A stretch of 64,000 bases of DNA, taken from NCBI GenBank assembly GCA_002269645.1, contig NIVC01002488.1, positions 1-64,000 of the forward strand. Reading direction: 5' to 3'. Under the pieces are notes generated by a model, which had not been told where the DNA came from, made no database searches, and saw nothing but the letters and a program-made list of their open reading frames with translations. The stretch comes from Macrostomum lignano. Lineage: Eukaryota. This document shows, in pieces, positions 1-9,924 of the stretch. The first letter of the stretch is position 1. Each line of letters opens with the position of its first letter. Both the position numbers and the translations under genes were made by a program.

Positions 1-2599
1 CAGATTGCCGCATTCGAGATGATCGACTCTTCGCAGGCCTGCGATTAGGAGTGGATTGTTGATGGGATTGCAAACCTTTTCTGCTGGATTAAATGGTGCC
101 CACCTTATGTAGAGTCTGTTAACCTTAAGAACTATAGGGGATTTTGTCTAAGTTAAGGATGTATATCTGACCTCTCCAAGACTCGCTTACCTTTAGAAAG
201 GGTGTGCTCAACTCCAAAATGATGTTTCTGTCTTAAAATAAATATACGGTGTGTAGGCATCCGAGACAGAATATGCTATCAACAAGTCACCCCCAAAACA
301 ACGTTGTTTCATTCAACGGACAAGTCATGTACAAAACAAACCAGGTCTTAAAATTAGGAAATATCAAAAACGAATGTATTACCTGATGCAGCTTTGTTAT
401 GTCGTTCTTCCAGCTTCCTCTTCAGCTGCTCGATGGCGTCCCTCGCCTCGGACACCGCAATTCGGACCAAATCCTTGGCCGCAGGTCCTCTGGACTCCGC
501 TTCCTCCTTAGCTGGGTCCCTAGCAAAAGCATCGAAAGCCAACGAGGCCTTGAGGAACAACAGCCCGATAGCGCCGTCGACGCCTGCACTGCTCGTCTCC
601 AACAGGCTGGAGAACAGAGCCTCCTGCAGCTCGCCGTACTGAACTCGGTACTGCCTGTTCAGCCTGTGCACTAGACTTTTAGAGCCAGAAGCGGTCAGGG
701 GTACACGGAGACGAATCAAAGAAATCGGGAAGACGCTTCGAGCTCGACCGTCGACACCGGATTGTGGATCCACCAGCCTGTAGCGCAGAAGTTGGTCATT
801 CACCAGACGAAGTTTCCGCTGCTGAGTCTCCTCGCCGCTGCGATGCACCGAGCAGATCTCGTCGGATTGCTCATCTTCGTCGTTCGAATCTTCATCATCC
901 GTGTTGCAGTCCATGAACTCGGCTTCTGGATCGTAGTCGACTTTGTTTACTATGTAGATGACTCGATCCTCTGGTCGATTAGCCCGAAGGAATAACAGGA
1001 ATTCTCGGTCCTGGGAAGTGTTTCGTATAGAAAAAAGTTTGGATTCCAAGTATCTGAGATCCACGCAACAAAACTCGTTTTAGCGCGGTTATTTTGCCCA
1101 CAGAAAACCAAGCACTATATACTATAGCACTATAACCAAGCTTGAATTTCTTCGGATTATACAGTAAAGGCCTCGATGAATGTCATCACCCAGCGGAAGC
1201 CAGCGGATTGCCAATATACACCTAAAGCATCAATTTAAAATGGACAAGAATCCCAGAAAACTCACCTGATTGCAAAATCCCTTCTGACTGTCGATAACGT
1301 ACACCACAGTGTGATTCTTCGATCTAGCCAGCTCTCGAAGCAGCCTCTCCCTGACCAGATGATCAACGCAATCGCTAGGCACCTCCACGAAAGCCAGCTG
1401 GCACCTCATGAGCTCCATTGGTGCACCGATCTCCAGCGCGCAGCCGTCCATCGATGCCCAAGCCGACCGTTGCGGCTCGAAGTCGTCGCTAAGCAAGAAA
1501 GTTCGAACCTGGCCGGCCAACGGTCTGCTTGGGTCCAGCTCGACAGGCGGCTGGTTCGGGAACGCTGAGCCCGAGAATCGGACAAACGGCCGCTCGCTGA
1601 AGTGCAGATGCGTCAAGCCGGCCTGGCATAGCAGCAGGCTGCCAACTCCAATTGGCATGATGTCTTCTCCTAGGAGACGATTGATCAGACCGGATTTCCC
1701 GCTGGTGGGGCCGCCGAACACCAGCAGGCGCTGCTCAGCTCGAAGCGTCGCTGTCGACTCAAATTGAGCTCCGATGTCGACGTCCCCGAGTCTCCAAGGC
1801 ACCGGCATCGGCATCTCGTCGGCGGAGCTCATCGCCAGCTGCATCTCGTCGAAGCCGTCGGCCAGTCGACGATGCGTGGCCTCGATGACGGCGCGCAGGC
1901 TGGCGTGGCGCTGAAAATCTGACTGGAATCGGCGCCGCGGCGCGATGTCAGCAGATTCGGTGTTTTCACGCTCAACGCCGGTCGAAGAAGACGCAGACTG
2001 GGGCACTGAGCATTGAATGTCGGGCAGATTGAAGGACTCGTACAACAGCGGCTGATCAATTTCGGCGGGCGTCTCGGGAACGTCTGGAGCATCAGGAAAG
2101 AGCAACTATTGGCACCGACAGTTAGATTTATTGATAACTACATGTAGGTCACACTACCGAGATTTATCCTCCCCAACTTGTGAAGTTGGTGACAGCGCCA
2201 AAAGAGTGTAATATGGGGCGCCAATTTCAGTTTGCAAAGTGGCGCCAAAAGCAGAGTGTAATATGGGGCGCCAATTTCAGTTTGCAAAGTGCGCCAAAAG
2301 CAGAATGTAATATGGAGCGCCAATTTCAGTTTGTAAAGTGGCGCCAAAAGCAGAATGTAATATGGGCGCCAATTTCAGTTTGCAAAGTGGAGCCAAAAGC
2401 AGAATGTAATATGGGGCGCCGATTTCAGTTTGCAAAGTGGCGCCAAAAACAGAGTGTAACTTTTCGCGCCAAATATTTTGGAACAAACTTGAGCTAACAA
2501 CTGCACTGTTGCGCTAGATTGGTTTTAATATTTATTCTAGAAAGCCAAAGCAGCATTGATAAAAGAATAATTACCTTCTCCTTCTGCAGATTCGGCCAT
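1..2599 (-). CDS. Dynamin-superfamily (mitofusin/BDLP-like) GTPase-domain protein, 3' end outside the window; exons 2599-2575, 2083-1266, 1010-383, 131-<1
   Basis: G1 GGPTSGKS followed by LINRLLGEDIMPIGVG (mitofusin-like context) and G4 VNKVD. Splice phases are consistent: ATG exon MAESAEGE G|gtaatt, acceptor ctttcctgatgctccag|AC, CAG|gtgag at 1266, cttcccag|GAC at 1010, G|gtaata at 383, and cctatag|TT at 131 with an open frame to the window edge. Confidence 0.8.
2195..2460. repeat. ~61-bp tandem repeat (about 4 copies) in intron 1 of the dynamin-like gene
   Basis: Unit ggggcgccaatttcagtttgcaaagtggcgccaaaagcagartgtaatat read directly. Confidence 0.9.
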
Positions 2600-2990
2600 T
2601 TTTAATTTTGTTTTTTTAGAAAAGTCGTTTTTTTGCAGTTGTCAACCGGGTATGCGAGTACTTGTTTCCAATTTTCATCCGCCGCTTCTGAAGCAAAGCT
2701 CTAACGGGGATTCAGATAATTATATATATGGTATGTGCGCTTGCTAATGGTTTTTAGCCAGCTGATTCACTGACAGATAATCTAGTTTAGTGTCGTTCTA
2801 TTATAATATCTTGGCAAAATTTGCTGCAGCATTTGCGTGTTGGTTTTTACCTGGGTTAAGCATATTTCTCTCTTACCTGCTTGCTAACTAGGAGAAATGT
2901 GCATTGTGATTATAGAGTAGCTGGTGCATCAACTATCTAGCTATCTGCCTGTCTGCGTGCGTGTTATGCGCAGGCTCACTGTGAGTGTAC

Positions 2991-3006
2991 GCGCAGGCGC
3001 ATGCGT
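2991..3006. promoter_or_regulatory. NRF1-like site upstream of the dynamin-like gene
   Basis: gcgcaggcgcatgcgt contains overlapping GCGCAnGCGC-type matches about 400 bp upstream of the ATG. Motif match only. Confidence 0.3.
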
Positions 3007-3269
3007 ACTGTACTCTCACAGAAATAGTTTATTTATCTTTCTAGTACTAACTAATGCCATCTTGCTTTATGCCTATAGGAGCTTTACCTAGCCTGCAGTC
3101 TCGCTCGCCTAAGTAACTTTAAACATCTCGTATTAACTTGATTTTCTTCTGACACTACTTAGCTTAGGCGCATTCTGGGTTTTTTATTGTTGTGTTTTAT
3201 CGCTGAATTTTTCGTTAAGAAAAAACTATTTTTCAACTACTCGTGACAGAATAGAGTTTGAAGCGTAAG

Positions 3270-3720
3270 GGCGGGTTCAGGGGAGGGTGCAGAAGAAGGT
3301 GTAGGAGAGGGTGCAGGAGAAGGGGCAAGGTAGGGTGCAAAGGAGGTTGAAGCAGAGGGTGCAAGAGGGATGCAGGAGAGGGAGTAGGGGAGGCTGCAGA
3401 GAAGGTTGAAGCAAAGGGTGCAGGAGAAGGGGCAAGGGAGGGTGCAAAGGAGGTTGAAGCAAAGGGTGCAGGAGAGGGGCAAGGGAGGGTGCAAAGGAGG
3501 TTGAAGCAAAGGGTGCAGGAGAGGGCGTAGGGGAGGGTGCAGAGAAGGTGAAGGCTAGGGTGTAGGGGAGGGCGCAGGGGAGGGTGCAGAGAAGGTTGAA
3601 GCAAGAGTGCAGGAGAGGGTGCAGGGGAGGGTGCAGGGGAAGGGTACAGAGAGGGTGAAGACTATGGTGTAGGGGAGGGCGAAGGGGAGGGTGCAGGGAA
3701 GGGTATAGGAGAAGGTAAAG
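3270..3720. repeat. Degenerate purine-rich minisatellite (agagggtgca/ggagaagg units)
   Basis: Repeated gagggtgcag/aggttgaagca motifs; it produces the low-complexity minus-strand ORFs at 3233-3810. Confidence 0.85.
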
Positions 3721-5348
3721 GAGTGGAGAGTGAAGAAGATCAGGATTTCGCACTGATGTGCTGGTACATATTCTTCCCTGATCTACTCTATCCATTACTG
3801 TCAGTAGCAATGTTAGCAGCTTCTACATATTTATTTATTGCCTTTGTCACCTTTTGGATACTGATTTTAAAGTCTCCTACATTTCTTTACTACTCGTAGT
3901 TTTAGAGGAAATTTACAACCTCTTTATATCTATCATACCATACGAGTACACGTAGATTTCGCATGACATATGGCATTTTTTCTTTGCTTGTCTGCTTGTC
4001 TGTGTGTGTGTCAGCGGACTGTCCAGACCCTTCCTACAAGAATATATAAGTACATTAGCTTGATAAACATGCTGCAAAGCTTTTAATCGTGTAGGATTCG
4101 AGATTTCAGCGTACCTTCAAGTTTAGTTGTCCATATCGTTACAATTATTTTAATTGGCTATTGAATTAGAATAGAATAACAAAACCGACAGTTGCAATTT
4201 TATAAATCTATATTGCAACGTGCAAGCGAAAACGAAGGCTTTAAATGTCTTGCCAGCAAATTAAACTCGGATTGCGCAACAAAAATGAAATATATCTATA
4301 GCTGTGTATTCACTGTATTCGTTTGCGAATCTACGACTGTAAGTCTCTTTTTTTAAGAATCTGGTGTCGACTCTTTTAGCTTCGAACCTATAAACTGACG
4401 GACTGTAAAAGTCGGAGTTCAAGTTCAAGAATTCTACACGTCAAAATCTCTGCATTATTTTGGGAATTGGCGCTGTTAGCACTCTTTTTGGGATTCATTT
4501 TGGCGGCTGCCAGTCTCAGGGAGGACATGTCCCCCTGTCCCCTCGTGGCGACGTCCCTGAACTGAAGTAGTTCAGTGATTAACAATCACGATATATTCGT
4601 CATATAGTTTACACTGGTCATATAGAGAACATTAACAAAGCTTATTGGGCTCATTAACATTTCATATAGTGTAGGTTTGTTAGTCATACAGAAGATTAAC
4701 TTAATTTAGCCTAGGAATAAATCGTTAGGTCAAGGATAGGAACCATTTGTCATGGCATGGATGTTAAAATTGTAAAATAAATGTGGGATTGGTATGAAAG
4801 TGTTTTATTGGTCATATAATACTTTCGTTGCTCACTGCACAATGGATTCATTGGTCATAGAGATGATTACTGAGAGTAGGATTAGCTCATTGCTCAAAGA
4901 GTTAGGAATTACTGAATTCAGTTGATAATTTTGCAAATAATTCACTAGTTATATAATGATGAGCAACAGATCAAAGTGTAAATGAGCACAGGTAAGGAAA
5001 GTGCATCATCGCGATCGTAAATTATGACTGCAATTGCACTACAATGGAACATCGAATATCGAAACTTCAAAGGAGTTTCGACCGCTGCAACTGAGTGACC
5101 CGATAATTTCAGGCGTCGGCGGACATCAAACAGAAAAAAATATTAAAAGAACGCGAATTAAAAAAAATGATCACGACGCTGTCACTTCAGGTGAATTCTT
5201 TATGGTCACTGTCGCGAGGAGGGGTTCGCGGGTTATATTGCTAATTAACTATGTCTAAATTTAGATACTACAGGGGCAGTGGTAGAGAGAAAGGAAATTT
5301 TGACGCAGAGGTGAAGAGTTGAGAAACTCAACCCCCCCCATATTCCTT

Positions 5349-5400
5349 ATTAGCCAATCAGCGCGCGAGCGGGGCAGAGTGCTCTGGAAGTTAAATAAGA
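5349..5400 (+). promoter_or_regulatory. Putative core promoter of the achaete-scute gene (CCAAT box, GC-rich stretch, AT-rich TATA-like element)
   Basis: tagccaatcagcgcgcgagcggggc followed by ttaaataaga, 90-140 bp upstream of the ATG. Confidence 0.4.
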
Positions 5401-5491
5401 GAGCGTGAGGTCGTATCCAGCACGCAATCACAAGTAAGTTTCGTGGAGTGTCAAAGAGCCTCAACAAAAGAAATAGAACTTTCGATCTGTC

Positions 5492-6370
5492 ATGTCTGAG
5501 CAGCTTGGTCAGCCTACTATGACGGACAGTCCAAGCAGAGAAGCGGGCAGTTCATCGCAGAGGATCACTGTGGCGTACACCAACCAGCCCTGTCGGAGAA
5601 AACTGCAATTCATCAACGGCAAGTTCGCCGTGCAGAAGCCGCAGACCAGCACCGTGCAGAAGCGCAACGAACGGGAACGGAACCGGGTGAAGCTCATCAA
5701 CCGAACTTTTGCAACGCTGCGCGACCGACTGCCGAAACGATACAACGGCAAGAAGGCTAGAAAGTTGAGCAAAGTTGAAGTGCTCAAAACTGCTTCTACT
5801 TACATAGCCTATCTTGTTAAGCTTCTGGAATCCGATAGTGCTGCTGAGGTTGGCGAGTTCAGCTTCGATCAAGTTCAACAGCGGGCTCAACCATCAAACA
5901 TGACGGCTGCTCGACCAGTTGTCGAGTCTTCATCTGGGATGTGCGACCTCTCCGATCTGCTTTTAAGCGACGAAGACGACGGGACAGCTGCTGGTGCAAC
6001 AGCAGCAGCAACAGCAGCAGCTTCATTGTCCGTCGACAATATTGACGATTCTGCTCTGCTTCAGTTTTCAACCGAAGGGATTGATATCTCAAGTGTCAGC
6101 TGTTCACCTAACGAAGTGCAGCAGCAGCAGCAGCAGCAGCAGAACGATCCGCAACATCAGATTCATTTCTCAAGTGCCTACACTACCGACTGCTTCAATA
6201 TGTCCACTCCGATAAAGCCAGTGACTCAATGCCAGCAAGAGCTGCCTACCACCGCGGCCGGTCCGTCGTATTACCTGGTTGCTCCGGAGTTCGTCACGAC
6301 TGGTGGTCAGTTCACCTGCGGCGGTGCATCGCAGGTGCATCTGCTTTCAATTAGCGGTGAGCTATATTGA
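5492..6370 (+). CDS. ASCL: Achaete-scute family bHLH transcription factor, intronless, 292 aa, with polyA and polyQ tracts
   Basis: bHLH KRNERERNRVKLINRTFATLRDRLP...KLSKVEVLKTASTYIAYLVKLL matches the achaete-scute signature RNERERNRVK...KLSKVE. A single-exon structure is typical of the family. Confidence 0.92.
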   Translation: MSEQLGQPTMTDSPSREAGSSSQRITVAYTNQPCRRKLQFINGKFAVQKPQTSTVQKRNERERNRVKLINRTFATLRDRLPKRYNGKKARKLSKVEVLKTASTYIAYLVKLLESDSAAEVGEFSFDQVQQRAQPSNMTAARPVVESSSGMCDLSDLLLSDEDDGTAAGATAAATAAASLSVDNIDDSALLQFSTEGIDISSVSCSPNEVQQQQQQQQNDPQHQIHFSSAYTTDCFNMSTPIKPVTQCQQELPTTAAGPSYYLVAPEFVTTGGQFTCGGASQVHLLSISGELY

Positions 6371-6422
6371 TTTAATCTTAGATTATTGCATGCAGTGACA
6401 GCTGGAATTCTAACTGGAGTGA

Positions 6423-6790
6423 TTTTTTCAATAGAGAAAGAGGCTGTGTGTATCATGATGCTCTTTAAGTGACATTGTTACAAAAACGGCGAAAGGCATT
6501 ACTGCCTATCCGCCGACTCCCCTGAGCAGGCACACAAGCGCGTGGATACGTACGCAGTCATACGCACAGGCACACACTCACACACGAGTGTACAGCGGTC
6601 CTAACTTTATTTATCGTTAGGCATGTACACTTCACTGTGCCTTGGGGGTTGGTCCTCAAGCTGGGCGTTAATTGCACGAGCAGAGCCAAGCCGAGATTCC
6701 AATTTAAGCCCCAAATTATGCGACTGCACTTGGAATCGAGCCTGGGCCGCTGGCACATCAGAGCGCCTCGCCAGACCACAGAGGCTACAA
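6423..6790 (-). mobile_element. tRNA-derived SINE (family 1), near full-length antisense copy
   Basis: The reverse complement aligns along its length to 12466-12826, including the B-box ggctcgattcc and the A-rich tail. Confidence 0.8.
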
Positions 6791-6799
6791 ATTTGTAAC

Positions 6800-6935
6800 T
6801 AGTGAATCAATGATTCAATGAATCAGCGAATCAGTGAATCAGTGAGTCAGTGAGTCAGTGAGTCAGTGAGTCAGTGAGTCAGTGAGTCAGTGAGTCAGTA
6901 AGTCAGTAAGTCAGTGAGTCAGCGAATCAGTGAGT
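6800..6935. repeat. 8-bp (TCAGTGAG)n array containing 8 perfect TGAGTCA motifs
   Basis: TGAGTCA at 6843, 6851, 6859, 6867, 6875, 6883, 6891 and 6915, flanked by TGAATCA and TAAGTCA variants. Confidence 0.9.
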
Positions 6936-7692
6936 GACCTTTTTAGTGATTTAGTAAATCAATGATTCGTTGAGTATGTGTCTTAGCTAATCGGTGAATC
7001 TAAATGACATGACTTATTTTGCGAATAAAAGATGACAAAAAACGATCACATTCTTTCTCATCAACTTTCACCTTCCAGATCCATTGGGAAACACTGCAGG
7101 ATACCTTCAGTATCTCTAGCCAGTGCGATTGCTGCAAAGACCTGCTGTGATCGAGTCCTTAACGGCTGAGAGACATAATGGTTGCCAAGTTTTAATTATG
7201 TCACACGTATTTAAGCTTTTAATTCCATACAGTTAATTATAACAATTGTATCCGTCAATTGTTTCCTTTTTTGTTTTAATTTCCCCCGGAAAAGAATAAA
7301 TTTATCTGTTATTTAACAATATCGCCATGACTTGCTGTTCTCAGCAATTGCGTTTATAGTTTTGTACTATATTCATACTACATTTAAGTTGTTATTGGCT
7401 GCAAAGGGATTTTTAATACATTTCCTTTGTTATTTAATAATTTCATGTAGTAGTATGTGATAGATTAACCGATTTCGCGTTCACAATGCCTACATGATTA
7501 ACACTTTTGTTTGTTTTAACATCCCGTAGTTTATTGTCCTTCTGTTATTTAACAAATGGCATCGCATTCGACTGCTAAATTGAATAAACAAATTTCAGAA
7601 ATTGTGATCTGTGTGTAAATTCTTAAAATTTGTAGCGACTTTTACGTACTTCTTTTCAGTCTGCTTCTTTTCTCTTATTAATGAATGAATGA

Positions 7693-7810
<118 letters not shown>

Positions 7811-8542
7811 GCAATTCTACGTTTCAATTCATTCTCATTTGGCGTCAAAACTTAGAGTGATATAAAATATGAATCGATATTTTCTATATAATAGCTCATG
7901 CTGCAAGCATCCTGGATCTCAGCTCCTTGTTTAGCCTAACTGATAAAATAAATAATTGAGATTAGATTATAATGCGAATTTAAAGTCAATTCATACATCT
8001 TTATCCTTATCATAAAAATTTAGATTTGGCTTCAATTGTTTCCAAGATTAGTAAATATTTGCCACAGTTTGCAATATTCACAGTTTTCAATTCACCTCTA
8101 CGGAAGGGGAAGGTAAATACAGAAGAAGAAACTAGAAGACTGAAGCTGTTACGCATTATTTCCAAGTCGTTATCGAGGTTTGAAAAGCGCAAACGCGCCC
8201 CACTCACAGCTTCTAGACAAATTTAGCAGGTACAGTCTTAGGGCAAAAGTTTGCGTCACCGCATTGGATACAGACGTCTTCTAATAAGTTCTGCAAGGCG
8301 AGTATTCAGCTTAATTAGCACCTAGGTATTACGAGGTATTCAATAAAACAAATACCCGAAACTTCACTCTGAAATTGCTAATAATTATATAGCCTAAATA
8401 TAACGTATTAGCAGATTTGTGCTGAAATACAGATCGACAGATATGCCACGTGCAAGTTTTGTTTTACTTGGCAAAGGCTACAGCCAGATTCAAACGCAGG
8501 TAGGTGAATGCGCGAAAAATGGCAAAATTTCAGTGGAGCAGG

Positions 8543-8770
8543 GCACCAGCACCAAAGGGGCGCCAGCACCAAAGGGGCGCCAGCACCAAAGGGGCGCCAG
8601 CACCAAAGGGGCGCCAGCACCAAAGGGGCGCCAGCACCAAAGGGGCGCCAGCACCAAAGGGGCGCCAGCACCAAAGGGGCGCCAGCACCAAAGGGGCGCC
8701 AGCACCAAAGGGGCGCCAGCACCAAAGGGGCGCCAGCACCAAAGGGGCACCAGCACCAAAGGAGCACCAA
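8543..8770. repeat. 17-bp minisatellite (agcaccaaaggggcgcc)n, about 13 units
   Basis: Read directly. Confidence 0.95.
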
Positions 8771-8787
8771 TTAAAACACTAGCACCT

Positions 8788-9020
8788 ATTAAAGGCGCCA
8801 TGCCACAGCACCAAATAAAGGGCGCCATGCCACAGCACCAAATAAAGGGCGCCATGCCACAACACCAAATAAAGGGCGCCATGCCACAGCACCAAATAAA
8901 GGGCGCCATGCCACAGCACCAAATAAAGGGCGCCATGCCACAACACCAAATAAAGGGCGCCATGCCACAGCACCAAATAAAGGGCGCCATGCCACAACAC
9001 CAAATAAATTAAGGGCGCCT
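8788..9020. repeat. 27-bp minisatellite (aaagggcgccatgccacagcaccaaat)n, about 8 units
   Basis: Read directly; abuts the 17-bp array. Confidence 0.95.
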
Positions 9021-9924
9021 GACAGTACCAAAGGGCGCCAATGAGGCACCTGAAATCCGAGGCGCAATAGACCAGAGTAATATAGTTGTTATTGTTGGGA
9101 AACAGATATAATTTATTGGAACATATGGTGCTAAGCCTCCCGTGCCAGGAAAGATCGCAACTGGTGTTGAAAAGGCTCCAAATCAGCTAGCAAGAAGAAC
9201 GTCGCCACTGCTCCAAACGAGATGCTATAATTTTGACAGACAATTATGCTAGGGAGCTGGACTGAAACAACTGCATCTCTTCTATCTTGAGGTACATGTA
9301 TATCATTTAAAGTGCTTAGGAAAACTTTCAAGACCAAAATACATCTAAATTTATCTTTTAAAGAGGCTATACAGTATGGACTACGTTATGACTGAAATCT
9401 AGCTGTTATCGCCAAACAGGCGTTTAAAAGTATTGCTTTTTGAGCGCAACTAGTAAAAGTTGAATTAATAATTAGTATTAATTATTTACTAAAATGTTAA
9501 ATTTTTCCTCACTAAAACCAATTTAAGGTAACGGTCCTGGGATATTTAGCTATCCCACGCCCTGAGATAATGGGATAATTTGAGTTTATGGTCTTGGGAT
9601 AATATGGCTATGTCAAACTGACGCAGACGCAGTAAAAATAATGCACCAGATAATTGGCTATGAAATAAATCAAACTCAAAAGCAACAAAAGAGTTGTCTG
9701 TGCCGAATATAATGATCCTTAAAAGCCCGTAGGTAGAGCTGTTCTACTCACTATAGTTGTTTAAATGAACGCTTGCTTTTAACTTGGCATATTTTCATTC
9801 ACTACGTGCAAATTCAACATAACCAAAGTAACTGGATATTTAATACGTTTTAAGCCCAATCTACAGATTTAAAAGTTTGCTTATATAAAGTTATTTGATA
9901 ACTGTCTATAATTTCATTTTAAAA

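Noticed and set aside
4510-4560. Solo MITE-like end (ggacatgtcccc...gtggcgacgtccctg) resembling the 10.1-kb MITE; a similar lone cagtggcggatc end near 62230
   Set aside because: No matching opposite TIR or TSD was found, so element boundaries cannot be supported.
8408-9067. KGRQHQRGAST / GAMPQHQIK repeat ORFs
   Set aside because: Translations of the 17- and 27-bp arrays.
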